Shown: positions 38,567 to 50,515 of the stretch, piece after piece
How the letters are laid out: each line of letters opens with the position of its first letter
How positions within the stretch are numbered: the stretch's first letter is position 1
Origin: Macrostomum hystrix
Lineage: Eukaryota > Animalia > Platyhelminthes
Assembly (NCBI GenBank): GCA_950097015.1
Contig: CATNEN010000011.1
Location: 3,968,001-4,032,000, forward strand
DNA: 64,000 nucleotides
Reading direction: 5' to 3'
Position numbers and translations under genes: made by a program
The notes under the pieces: generated by a model
Told to the model about the DNA's origin: nothing
Database searches by the model: none
The model's input: only the letters and a program-made list of their open reading frames with translations

Positions 38567-40216
38567 TAGATAGGACTCAGACAGGACATGCATTTTATTT
38601 TTTAACCAGTGATATAGGATCAGGTTTGTGATTAATGAATTCTACAACTATAATGTGACATTGTAGTAAATATAACTATCTTATGTAACAGGGCTTATGA
38701 CTCTACTTTTCCTTCTCTTAGTAGTGTATTCTTCTGGCCTCTTTTGTTCCTTATTTCTCTCTTTAACTCTTTGTATTCTCCCTTATGCCTTATCTTGGTG
38801 ACCCTGAAAAGGGCCATTTTAACTCCACAACTCTTACATTGTGGGCTTCCCTTAAGGTAGCGCTTTGCACTGGCACAAGTGGTTTATCCTTCTAAGGCAC
38901 TGTCTCTTATTCTCTAGTCTTAGCTGGGTGTTTCTCCAGGATTAGAGGGTCATAGCCTCAATCTCTGTCTTATTTCCAAACTGGACACTATCTACTTAGT
39001 ATATTGAATAACTCAACAATTTCACTTATTCAAAGATGTTAGTTATTGCCTTTCTTCAGCTCACTGGCGAGTTGTATTTTTCACAGTAAAATTTTCTCCT
39101 TTTATATACTGTTCTTAAAATTTGTTTTTGTGAAATCTTTTCCTAAAATAAATATGTCGTAGGCCTCTTTCTAATTTCTTACTAAACTCTAATTCCAATA
39201 ATGCCAATCCTACTACTGTCACCAAAGTTGTTGTAGGGCTAATTTAATCCTATTGCTGTTATCAAAGTTGTCCTAGGGCTTACACTTGATTCAAATACTA
39301 TCTTTATATCAATCTTATGAATGTCTTTACTTTATTTGCTTTATGCACTTTCTTAATTCAAATTGGTAGCGTTTATGTATCTAATCTGGTAGCGATATAA
39401 TATGGCCAACTTCTATTTTACTTCTTTATTTATAACTTTACAGTATTATTCCTTTAAGTACCTTTTATCAGTCTTTATCAGTCTTTATCCGTCTTTAGTC
39501 CGTCTTTAATTCAATCTTCAGTCCATCTTGGGCTTTACCAGTGGATCTAGATTTACAGCTTTTCTTCAATTTCTACAGCTTTACTTCTCTTTCGCAAAGT
39601 CTCTTTCTCAAATAACTTCAACACAAATACTTCACATTTCAAGCTTTTTCAATCTGAACTCTTTTTCCAACCGAGGTTGTCTGAGTTACTTTTCTCTTTA
39701 TTTTGCTCATTTTGATCATTTAAAGTATTTCCTCGCCTCCTCTCCTCCACGACTTCAGTATAACTATTTTATTTTTTTGGTGCAGATAAACAAACTGTGC
39801 ATTGAAACAAAATTTATGTAACATTAAAACAAAAATAATTAATTCATGGGAAAAATTTCTAAGAAACTAAAACAATCAGAGGCCCTATCTCAAAAAATAT
39901 TTAGAATATATGGCATATAGATTTCTAAGCGCAGGAATATAAAAATTTTTGAAATATACTGTATAGTGCAAAAATATTGGACTATTACACTTACGAACAT
40001 TTAATCTTTAGAGGTCTTGTATAATAATTTATATTTTTTGTACATTTTTAGGAATAAGACTCTTAAAGGCTTATTTATTTAGAAATTGCAAATTATTTTT
40101 TAGCTGCACTGTGCACCAGTTGCAATTGTAAATTTTGTTTAGTTTCTGTACAATGAGCTTTATCTTTATTTTCTTATTGCAGATAAAGAATTTAAAGTTT
40201 ACCTTAATTTGTCAAA

Positions 40217-43200
40217 ATGAAGCAACTGTTAGAGTCAATCAACGAAGCTGCTGGCAGTACCAATGATGAGTCAGTTAAAGAAGATGAGGATGATGATTGT
40301 CCTCAGCTTGTTAGCCTGTCACAGCCATCTGCTGCTGCTTCACTTGCTAAGCAACTAAAAGATTCACCCCCTGTACCTGTGACTGTGATAACAGGTTACC
40401 TAGGTGCTGGCAAGACTACTTTGTTAAATTTCATTCTCACTGCGCAGCATGGTAGACGAATCGCTGTCATTATGAACGAATTTGGCGACTCAGCCGCTGT
40501 GGAAGCCGCTCTTACTGTTGCCGAGGACAACACTGACGATGGTAGGCTGACTGTTGATCTTAATCCCATCTAAAGTTGTTTGTTTGTTGATCTTGATCCC
40601 ATCTAGAGTTGTTTGTTTGTTGATCTTAATCCCATCTAGAGTTGTTTGTTCGTTGATCGTGATCCCATCTAGAGTTGTTTGTTTGTTGATCTTAATCCCA
40701 TCTAGAGTTGTTGTTTGTTAATTTTAATCCCATCCAGAATTGTTGTTTGTTGATCTTAATCCCATCTAGAGTTGTTTGTTTGTTGATCTTGATTCCATCT
40801 AGAATTGTTGTTTGTTGATCTTGATTCCATCTAGAGTTTTTGTTTATTTATCTTGATCCGATCTAGAATCTTAATATTTAGCCTTTATATCTAGATATCA
40901 TTAGGCTTAAGATTATTCTGCAGATACAAAATATAGTTCAGTCGGGAATCGAACCCCCGACCATGAGTGATAAGTCAGACGCTTTAATCACTAGGCTAGC
41001 ACTTGGCTAATTCCCTTCGAAACTGATCTGAAGATTGTTCTTTGGAGATTTGGACTTACTCTAGCGCCTAAATATTAAAATAAAAATATTAAAAAATCGA
41101 TATTTTGTAGGCGACAGCGAAAGCGGCGGTCGTCGCCGCTACGAAGAATGGCTAGAGCTTGGCAACGGCTGTCTCTGCTGCTCCCTGAAGCACGCCGGCG
41201 TTGCCGCTATCGAACGACTGATGGAACGCCGGGGTCGCTTCGATCACGTGCTGCTGGAGACCACGGGATTGGCCGAGCCCGGTCCCATTGCCGCGCTGTT
41301 TTGGTTGGATGAGCAGCTGGAGAGTTTGATCTGCCTGGACGGCTTCGTTACCGTGGTGAGTCAGCAGCTGATTGTTTTGCTAGATTTGTCCCTTGGCGTT
41401 TAGAGTTTTTATATAGTACCCTCGGAATGTTTTTAGGAATGCCTACCCTGAAGTTTATGGAAAAGTGCACCTTAAATTTAATCATCAAAGTACATTTCAG
41501 GTTCTTTAGGAAAGCACACCTGCAGTTCACTAGGAAAGTACATCTGAAGTTCATTAGGAAAGTACATCTGAAGTTTATTAGGAAAGTACATCTGAAGTTT
41601 ATTAGGAAAGTACACCTGAAGTTCACTAGGAAAGTACATCTAAAGTTTATTAGGAAAGTACACCTGAAGTTCATTAGGAAAGTACATCTGAAGTTCACTA
41701 GGAAAGTACATCTGAAGTTCATTAGGAAAGTACATCTGAAGTTTATTAGAAAAGTACACCTGAAGTTCACTAGGAAAGTACACCTGAAGTTCACTAGGAA
41801 AGTACATCTGAAGTTCATTAGGAAAGTACATCTGAAGTTTATTAGGAAAGTACATCTGAAGTTTATTAGGAAAGTACATCTGAAGTTTATTAGGAAAGTA
41901 CACCTGAAGTTCATTAGGAAATTATATCTGAAGTTTATTAGGAAAGTACATCTGAAGTTTATTAGAAAAGTACACCTGAAGTTCACTAGGAAAGTACACC
42001 TGAAGTTCATTAGGAAAGTACATCTGAAGTTTATTAGGAAAGTACACCTGAAGTTCACTAGGAAAGTACATCTAAAGTTTATTAGGAAAGTACACCTGAA
42101 GTTCATTAGGAAAGTACATCTGAAGTTCACTAGGAAAGTACATCTGAAGTTCACTCGGAAAGTACGTCTGAAGTTTATTAGGAAAGTACATCTAAAGTTT
42201 ATTAGGAAAGTACACCTGAAGTTCATTAGGAAAGTACATCTGAAGTTCACTAGGAAAGTACATCTGAAGTTCACTCGGAAAGTACATCTGAAGTTTATTA
42301 GGAAATTATATCTGAAGTTCACTAAGAAAGTACACCTGAAGTTCACTAGGAAAGTACATCTGAAGTTTATTAGGAAAGTACATCTGAAGTTCATTAGGAA
42401 AGTACATCTGAAGTTTATTAGGAAAGTACATCTGAAGTTCATTAGGAAAGTACATCTGAAGTTTATTAGGAAAGCACACCTGAAGTTTATTAGTAAAAGC
42501 ATACCTTGAAGTTAATTATCAAAGTACATCTCAGGTTCTTTAGGAAAGTACATATGAAATTCATTAGGAAAGTAACATCTGAAGTTTATAAGAAAATTAC
42601 ACCCTGAAGGTAATGAAAAAACACACCCTGAAGTAATTTAGGAAAACACACCCTGAAGTTAATTTGGAAAGTGCACTCTCAAGATCCAAGTTGATTAGAA
42701 ATTCATACTTTAAATTATGATATGCTCGTCCTAAAGTTTTAAAAAAATGCATGCTCTTTTATAACGTGAATAAGCAATGCATGAACTGTTAATTGTTCAG
42801 ATGCCGATAGTCTAAATTCCAAGAGAATATGTTTCGCAATTCGCAGGTGGACAGTTTAAACGCCAATAGGCAATGCAGTCAAATCGAATGGCAACGTCAA
42901 GTAGCATGCGCTGACACAGTACTACTGAGCAAAACTGATCTACTAACTGACCAAGGCTCTGACAGTGTTGAAGCTCTGGTTAGGCAAATCAACTCCACCT
43001 GTCGCATTTTACCTAGTCAACGAGGCGTTGCACCTTTAGACGCCATCCTAGGCTTAGAGGCCTATCAGAACTCTGCGGCAATGTCTGAGAAACTGCCTAG
43101 CCTTGCCAACAATAGCGACGCCCACCTCAGCAAGCTTGGCACCGATGTTGGCACTGTGGCCATCGACTTCGATATAAATGCGAAGTTTTGGCGCGAAAAA

Positions 43201-43900
43201 GTTGAACGCCTACTTGGCAACCTACTCTGGCGCAGCGATGAACCTATGTTTCCCGAGGCCCAGTTCCTCAGGACTAAGGTAGGTTAGCTCTCATCTGTGC
43301 TCGCATCTGAAGGTTGCGTACGGATATTCAGTCCATGGACTGGGGGGACGCCACGCCCACCCTCAGTTACCGCAGCTAATGCTGTTACCCATTTAACAGC
43401 TGGGTGAACTGAAGCAATGCGGAGTAGTTAAATATCTTGCTAACGGAAATAAATTGTTCTAGAAGAGTCAGGAATCGAACCCTTGACCTTCAAGTCGTGA
43501 GTCCGAAGCTCTAACCACTTTGGCTACAACCTTTACTCAACATAGTTTGAGTAAGGTTCTGAGTTTAGTTCCGAGTATAGTTCCGAGTAATGAGTAATAA
43601 TTAACTTTCAAAAGAACTTTCAAAGTAATAATTTTCAAAACATCGTCTCATTTACTCTAGGGCATCCTTCGCCTAGTTGACGAAAATAATGGTGATCCGG
43701 CCAGGCCAGTCACTTACTCGGTACAGGGTGTTTACGAACTGTTTGAACTGCGGCCAGCTTCAGTTACTGATGGCTCCGATAATGCTGCTGCTGCTGCTGC
43801 TGCTGCTGACCCAGCTCTGCAAAGATTGGTGTTTATTGGCCAATCACTGCCTCCTGTTGAACGATTAAGGGAACTGTTTGCCGATTGTCTGCTCTGGTGA
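40217..43900 (+). CDS. ZNG1: Zn-regulated GTPase metalloprotein activator / COBW domain protein; 4 coding exons
   Basis: Exons 40217-40541, 41111-41355, 42847-43278 and 43661-43900 join in phase. Motifs: N-terminal DDCPQLV (ZNG1 CPELV-type motif), TVITGYLGAGKTT, AVIMNEFG, EWLELGNGCLCCS (CxCC), ETTGLAEPG, SKTD, and a CobW_C region (LLW..RTKG..VQGVYELF..LVFIG). Confidence 0.93.
40555..40870. repeat. 33-bp minisatellite (gatcttaatcccatctagagttgtttgtttgtt) in ZNG1 intron 1
   Basis: Tandem units beginning about 12 nt after the donor at 40542. Confidence 0.9.
40935..41005 (-). mobile_element. tRNA-like SINE head or tRNA pseudogene fragment
   Basis: The minus strand reads gctagcctagtgattaaagcgtctgac...ggtcgggggttcgattcccgac, with A-box and B-box. 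It lacks a clean acceptor stem and the SINE body. Confidence 0.55.
41450..42670. repeat. 24-bp minisatellite (ggaaagtacatctgaagtt[tc]atta) in ZNG1 intron 2
   Basis: Direct tandem repeat. It explains ORFs 41427..42509, 41348..42502 and 41640..41903. Confidence 0.96.
43300..43535 (-). mobile_element. tRNA-derived SINE, copy 4, in ZNG1 intron 3
   Basis: The reverse complement reads gttgtagccaaagtggttagagcttcggactcacgacttgaaggtcaagggttcgattcc...gttcacccagctgttaaatgggtaacagc...cagtccatggactgaa. Confidence 0.87.
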
Positions 43901-43984
43901 GCTTTATTATTTCTTTATTTTTAACTTGCCTATGCATGTATCTATGTCCCTTCTCATTGCTTCAAAGCGACTCGCTTCCTCCCC

Positions 43985-44545
43985 TTCTAGTCTCCTTCTA
44001 TACACCCTTTTCCCTTCTCCCTTCTCCTTCTCTCCCTCTCCCCTTCTCTCCCTCTCTATTACTCTCCCTCTCTACTTCTCCCCCTCTCTACTTCTCTCCC
44101 TCTCTACTTCTCTCCCTCTCTACTTCTCTCCCTCTCCTTCTCCCCTCTCTACTTCTCTCCCTCTCTACTTCTCTCCCTTCTCCTTCTCTCCCTCTTCCCT
44201 TCTCTCCCTCTCTATTACTCTCACTCTCTACTTCTCCCCCTCTCTACTTCTCTCCCTCTCTACTTCTCTCCCTCTCTACTTCTCTCCCTCTCCTTCTCCC
44301 CTCTCTACTTCTCTCCCTCTCTACTTCTCTCCCTCTCCTTCTCCCCTCTCTACTTCTCTCCCTCTCTATTACTCTCCCTCTCTACTACTCTCACTCTCTA
44401 CTTCTCCCCCTCTCTACTTCTCTCCCTCTCTACTTCTCTCCCTCTCTACTTCTCTCCCTCTCTACTTCTCTCCCTCTCTACTTCTCTCCCTCTCCTTCTC
44501 CCCCTCTCTCCTTCTCCCCCTCTCTCCTCTTCCTCCCTCTTTTCC
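43985..44545. repeat. CT-rich microsatellite (ctctctacttctccc-like)
   Basis: Seen directly. It explains ORFs 43878..44816 and 43885..44670. Confidence 0.95.
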
Positions 44546-44934
44546 CCGCTATTTCCGGTCTTCCTGTTATTTTTCATTCTCATTTTTCTTTCATAATTAC
44601 TCCCACTCACCCTGTGTCTCGCTCTTGTTCTTGTCTACCTCTCAGCATTTTCTGTCCTCGGTACCTGTAGATGCTTCAAATTCACATATTTTAACATTTC
44701 TCAAAAACACTAAAATATTCAAAAAAAATGTTTTCCTGTTCGTTCTAGAAATCTCAAGATCAGACTCAAGATCGTGTAACCCCTGTGGCGATTTTCTACT
44801 GACTAAATTTGTATAAAAACAAAATAATAAAACAACAGATCAACTGATGACATATTTGTACAGTTTCTCTTCCTAGTTGGCCTATGCTTAGCTTTTAATT
44901 AAAACAAAAGTTCATACTGTTCTGATAGTATTCA

Positions 44935-47900
44935 ATGGGTAAGTGAAAAAAATGATTTTTTTTCAATCTCTTAAGGCGTCTATTTAATAATAATTGCAGT
45001 TGGGCTGTGGGCAATGGCACATCATATGGTGACACTAGACCCGCAGCCTGCACGACAAATTGCACGACAAGCCCCCAGCCCTTTCTACGCGGCTGCGCCC
45101 CAAATGAGTCTGTCCAATGCGGCTCGTTACATTTAGTTTCGTTAATCTTAAAAAAGCTATTTTTCTCTCATGACATTGCAGTCAATCTCTGCAATCAGCC
45201 ATCAGTCGCGGCCTATCCGAGTGTGGACTATTTCGCAAAATTCAACGTTGCCCCAGTCTGGTCTGTCAATCACAACCGTGCGACCTACTCGCTGTTCTCA
45301 ATAAGCCAAACACTGATTTCAATGCTATGGTAGCAACAGGTTTCTTAGAAAATCTACAATTTAAATCTGGCACTGCATTCATTGACCGATGCGAAATATC
45401 TTCCGCGCAATCGACTGGCAGTCAGAATTGTCGTTTCATTCTGCATCGGTCTACTAGCATTGCTAGAATAATGCATTCTCCTATGCCGTATCTAGCAGCA
45501 TTATCGAAAATGCGACCCAGTTGTCCAGTCCTGTTTGTTCGCTTTTATCCCGAGTGTCAGTTTCGCTGTCTTCGAGGTCTGGCCTGGGCCTGTTTTATTG
45601 GTCGATTGCTCAGTCTGAAAAGATTGCCCGGCTTTTGGCGGAGTGACACCAGTTTGGACATTGTGTTTGATTCGCAGTATCGCGATCTGATCAGTCGGAA
45701 CTTCATGCCCAAATTGACTGCTGGATTGCAGCTGCAATTTAATGAACGCAAAACTATGATTAGAGAAACAGCAGATTTGCAGGAATTGCTTGTTGGAGCG
45801 GTAAGCGAATTTTTTTTGATTGATTGCTCCTTGAAAGAACTCAGACAGTACTGAATTATTTACTGAAGGAATTAGTAGAGTCCTGAACTGATGACCTGAA
45901 GGAATAGAGACAGTCCTGAACTGATGACCTGAAGGAATAGAGACAGTCCTGAACTGATGACCTGAAGGAATAGAGACAGTCCTGAACAGATGAGCTAAAG
46001 GAATAGGGACAGTCCTGAACTGATGAGCTAAAGGAATAGGGACAGTGCTGAACTGATGACCTGAAGGAATAGAAACAGTCCTGAACAGATGAGCTAAAGG
46101 AATAGGGACAGTCCTGAACTGATGACCTGAAGGAATAGAGACAGTCCTGAACTGATGACCTGAAGGAATAGGGACAGTGCTGAACTGATGACCTGAAGGA
46201 ATAGAAACAGTCCTGAACAGATGAGCTAAAGGAATAGGGACAGTCCTGAACTGATGACCTGAAGGAATAGGGACAGTCCTGAACTGATGACCTGAAGGAA
46301 TAGGGACAGTCCTGAACTGATGAGCTGAAGGAATAGGGACAGTCCTGAACTGATGACCTGAAGGAATAGGGACAGTCCTGAACTGATGACCTGAAGGAAT
46401 AGGGACAGTCCTGAACTGATGACCTGAAGGAATAGGGACAGTCCTGAACTGATGAGCTAAAGGAATAGGGACAGTCCTGAACTGATGAGCTGAAGGAATA
46501 GGGACAGTCCTGAACTGATGAGCTGAAGGAATAGGGACAGTCCTGAACTGATGAGCTAAAGGAATAGGGACAGTCCTGAACAGATGAGCTAAAGGAATAG
46601 GGACAGTCCTGAACTGATGACCTGAAGGAATAGAGACAGTCCTGAACTGATGACCTGAAGGAATAGGGACAGTGCTGAACTGATGACCTGAAGGAATAGA
46701 AACAGTCCTGAACAGATGAGCTAAAGGAATAGGGACAGTCCTGAACTGATGACCTGAAGGAATAGGGACAGTCCTGAACTGATGACCTGAAGGAATAGGG
46801 ACAGTCCTGAACTGATGAGCTAAAGGAATAGGGACAGTCCTGAACTGATGAGCTGAAGGAATAGGGACAGTCCTGAACTGATGAGCTAAAGGAATAGGGA
46901 CAGTCCTGAACTGATGAGCTGAAGGAATAGGGACAGTCCTGAACTGATGACCTGAAGGAATAGGGACAGTCCTGAACTGATGACCTGAAGGAATAGGGAC
47001 AGTCCTGAACTGATGACCTGAAGGAATAGGGACAGTCCTGAACTGATGAGCTGAAGGAATAGGGACAGTCCTGAACTGATGACCTGAAGGAATAGGGACA
47101 GTCCTGAACTGATGAGCTAAAGGAATAGGGACAGTCCTGAACTGATGAGCTGAAGGAATAGGGACAGTCCTGAACTGATGAGCTAAAGGAATAGGGACAG
47201 TCCTGAACAGATGAGCTAAAGGAATAGGGACAGTCCTGAACAGATGAGCTAAAGGAATAGGGACAGTCCTGAACTGATGAGCTAAAGGAATAGGGACAGT
47301 TCTGAACAGATGAGCTAAAGGAATAGGGACAGTCCTGAACTGATGACCTGAAGGAATAGGGACAGTCCTGAACTGATGAGCTAAAGGAATAGGGACAGTC
47401 CTGGACTGATGACCTGAAGGAATAGAGACAGTCCTGAGCTGATAAACTGAAGGAATAGTGACAGTCCTGAGCTGATAGACTGAAGGAATAGTGACAGTCC
47501 TGAGCTGATAAACTGAAGGAATAGTGACAGTCCTGAATGATGAACTGAAGAATTAGGGACAGTCCTGAGCTAATGGCCTGAAGGAATAGGGGCAGTCCTG
47601 AGCTAATGGCCTGAAGGAATAGTGACAGTGACAGTCCTGAGCTAATGGCCTGAAGGAATAGGGGCAGTCCTGAGCTAATGACCTGAAGGAATAGAGACAG
47701 TCCTGAATGACGAACTGAAGAATTAGGGACAGTACTGAATAATGAAAGGAAGAAAAGGGACACTCTTAATTATATTATCTTAGGGAGTCTAAGTTATCTT
47801 AGAGACTGTCCTATTAGGGAATAATCCTAACTGACACCTGAGCACAGCTATTTCTGTCCTGTACAGATGGACACTTGTACCTACTCCAGCCCTGCGGACT

Positions 47901-48565
47901 ATCTAGCCCAAGTATCAAGCATGATTGCTGAGCAGCGCAGTGGCTCAGAAGACTCAGATTCTACCACAATCCCAGCAAATTTATCCCGTCGCCTAGCCGA
48001 AGCAGTCCTAACAGCTGAGCTGCTTTGGAGTCGATCACAAGAAACTTGTCGATTCTCGCCTGAACGACGTCGCTCGCTGCTGTTTGTTCTATACAACCGT
48101 GCCAGAGCCGAGTCTATTGTTAGTCGCTGCCAGGCCTGGCACTTGTACACCTGTGCGTCAGTTCTTGAAGCTCCGGCTTCTCTGGCAGTCGACGATTCCG
48201 TTTGGTCGCTAGTCTGGGGTCAGCTAGATTCTCTCGGCGATGTACTAGCTGAGGCCCGATTGAAATTGTTCAGCCAGTCATCATCGTCTGGTCATGTAGG
48301 TTGTTGCTATGGTGATTTGAATCGAGTTATTCACTGTTTAGCTGAATTGGGCCGAGATTTTGCCCGTTTTTATCATCGTGTTCGTGTTCTGCCAACACCA
48401 GATTCTGGTGCTGCTGCTGCTGCAAAAGCAAATGATTCAACAGAATTGCTTGCTTGGAAAATTTTATTAGTCCGGAGAATATCCGACTGGATTGATTTGC
48501 TTTGTCAGCTTTGCGGACTTGATTGCGTCACCACTATGCAGGCGTTCTCAGGTGCTTCAATTTGA
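44935..48565 (+). CDS. DALRD3: DALR anticodon-binding domain-containing protein 3-like
   Basis: Exon ~45199-45800 (open frame upstream of Met 45327; gcg|gtaagc) joins 47867-48565 (gtacag|) in phase 0. The C-terminal DALR domain has FVLYNRAR, WSLVW, L.ELGRDFARFYHRVRVL and KILLVRRI..WI..LCQLCGL. The start is tentative: a 4-nt coding exon ATG-G at 44935-44938 (g|gtaagt) spliced to 45199. Confidence 0.78.
44990..45110 (+). repeat. Dispersed hairpin-containing repeat, copy 2 (internally deleted relative to copy 1)
   Basis: aattgcagttgggctgtggg...ggtgacactagacccgcagcc...cacgacaagccccc...ctacgcggctgcgccccaaatga. Confidence 0.75.
45880..47745. repeat. 33-bp minisatellite (gtcctgaactgatga[cg]ctgaaggaatagggaca) in the DALRD3 intron
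   Basis: Direct tandem repeat. It explains the 635-aa minus ORF 45856..47763 (SSVQDCPYSFS repeats). Confidence 0.96.
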
Positions 48566-49290
48566 GCATAGACAGGTTTTGACGTGCTTCAGTTTGAGCT
48601 CACATGTTTTCAGGTGCTTCAATTTGAGCACACAGACAGGTTCTCAGGTGCTTCAATTTGAGCACACATACAGGTTCTCAGGTGCTTCAATTTGAGCACA
48701 CAGACAGGTTCTCAGGTGCTTCAATTTAAGCATACAGACAGGTTTTGACGTGCTTCAGTTTAAGCTCACATGTTTTCAGGTGCTTCAATTTGAGCACACA
48801 GACAGGTTCTCAGGTGCTTCAATTTGAGCACATAGACAGGTTCTCAGGTGCTTCAATTTGAGCACACAGACAGGTTCTCAGGTGCTTCAATTTGAGCACA
48901 CAGGCAGGTTCTCACGTGCTTTAAATTGAGCACACAGACAGGTTTTGACGTGCTTCAGTTTGAGCTCACAGACAGGTTCTCAGGTGCTTCAATTTGAGCA
49001 CACAGGCAGGTTCTCAGGTGCTTCAATTTGAGCACACAGACTTGCTTGGTTTTGACGTTCTTCAGTTTGAGCACACAGGCAGGTTCTCCGGTGCTTCCAT
49101 TTGAGCACACAGACATGTTCTCATGTGCTTCAATTTGAGCATAGAGACATGTTCTCCGGTACTTCAATTTGAGCATAGAGACATGTTCTCCGGTACTTCA
49201 ATTTGAGCATAGAGACATGTTCTCCGGTGCTTCAATTTGAGCACACAGACTGGTTCCCAGGTGCTTCGATTTGAGCACACAAACAGGTTG
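48543..49290. repeat. ~34-bp minisatellite (caggttctcaggtgcttcaatttgagcacacaga)
   Basis: Tandem units. The first unit overlaps the last codons and stop of DALRD3. Confidence 0.93.
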
Positions 49291-49649
49291 TCATATACTT
49301 ATATTTGATTAAAATTCAACTATAGTTTGACAAGGCATAAGCGTTAATTAGCATCGAGTTTTCTGTTTGTTAAGCTTCATTTCTTCGTTTTTTTTTTAAA
49401 ACAAAACTAGGTTGTAATTGTCAACTGTCAAATTTTCAACAAAATTTTCAAGTACATAGCTTACCGAGTGTCTTTATGGCTAATATATTAAGTTAAATAT
49501 ATCGTTGATGTTGATGATGTAGTTATAAGTTACGTTTGGCTCAGATTTTTTGTTTTTTACATACATCGGAACATTTCTAGTAGGGCACATTATATTCTTA
49601 ATTGCATTTTTTTGTTTTTAAGCATCACTATTTATCATACCTTCTAACT

Positions 49650-49820
49650 CCTCATTATCCTCACTCCATGCCATTATTCCCCACGACATTCCATTCTCCC
49701 CCCATTTCTTCCCCACCCCATCCTATTCTTCCCCACTCCATTCTATTCTTCCCCACTCCATCCTATTCTTCCCCACTCCATCCCATTCTTCTTCACCCCA
49801 TCCCATTATTCCCCACCCCA
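49650..49820. repeat. Pyrimidine-rich short tandem repeat (ttccccactccatcctattc-like)
   Basis: Seen directly, just upstream of the PRELID gene. Confidence 0.85.
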
Positions 49821-49918
49821 TTAAAAAGTGTTTTGCTTACAGTTAATCAAAACAAAACTTTTCAGCTGGCGGTCTGGTCTTCCTCGGAGGCTTTGTTTTA
49901 TTAAACGTCTCGACAGTT

Positions 49919-50515
49919 ATGCGTGTTTGGCAGCGCGAACACATATTTGATCACAAATGGGAAACTGTAGTGCAGGCGGCTATGAGAAAATATCCCAATC
50001 CATTGTTAAATGGCGTTCTGAGCCAAGATGTGATAGCTCGCACGGTATCAAATGACGGTGTGCTCAAATCTCATCGACTATTCGGCCTTCTATTCACTGG
50101 AGTTGTGAGACGATTGCACAGTATGGGTCTGAGCCGGCTGTTCGGTTCGCTAATAGATTTGAAGTCGGATATCTGGTACGGCAGTGAGCACATCACTGTA
50201 GATCCAGTTGCTAAGATGTATCTATTGCGCAGTCGCAATATTACATTCAGTGGCGCGTTCACTCTTGAAGAGCGTCTAGAATATCGGCCGCATCCGCTCA
50301 GTCCGCACAACCGCACCGTCCTGAGCCAATCTGCCACCATCCGGTGTCCTTGGTGGCCAGTCGGCGGTCTAGTTGAAGCCGTCCTTGAAGAGGTTGTTTA
50401 CTCCGGCTTAGCGGCTAAAGGTCCCAGCGCTATTGAATGGGTCATTGCTAATCGGTTAACGGATAGTTCTGCCGTTGCTTCGGCTGCTGCGGAAATTGCA
50501 TTTGATACTATTTAA
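49919..50515 (+). CDS. PRELI/MSF1 domain protein (PRELID3/SLMO2-like), intronless, 198 aa
   Basis: MRVWQREHIFDHKWETVVQAAMRKYPNP, DVIARTV..GVLKSHRL, E...VDPVAK...LRSRNITF, EERLEY.PHP, RTVLSQ.A.I, KGPSAIEWVI. These match the PRELI family consensus. Confidence 0.92.
   Translation: MRVWQREHIFDHKWETVVQAAMRKYPNPLLNGVLSQDVIARTVSNDGVLKSHRLFGLLFTGVVRRLHSMGLSRLFGSLIDLKSDIWYGSEHITVDPVAKMYLLRSRNITFSGAFTLEERLEYRPHPLSPHNRTVLSQSATIRCPWWPVGGLVEAVLEEVVYSGLAAKGPSAIEWVIANRLTDSSAVASAAAEIAFDTI

Noticed and set aside
38700-39750. Purine-skewed minus-strand segment as a LINE or gag remnant
   Set aside because: All frames I translated had frequent stops and no recognisable motif.
17385-43535. Functional tRNA genes at the SINE heads
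   Set aside because: The anticodon and acceptor stems are imperfect, and the heads run into a shared SINE body instead of a Pol III terminator.
45880-47745. Hammerhead-ribozyme satellite (units contain CTGATGA)
   Set aside because: There is no GAAA core or stems I-III in register. The motif match alone is insufficient.
45856-47763. 635-aa minus ORF (SSVQDCPYSFS repeats) and similar repeat ORFs at 3760, 13760, 13775, 15778, 41348, 41427, 43878, 57716, 58134 and 59456
   Set aside because: They are translations of minisatellites whose units happen to lack stops in one frame. Several lie inside introns of other genes.
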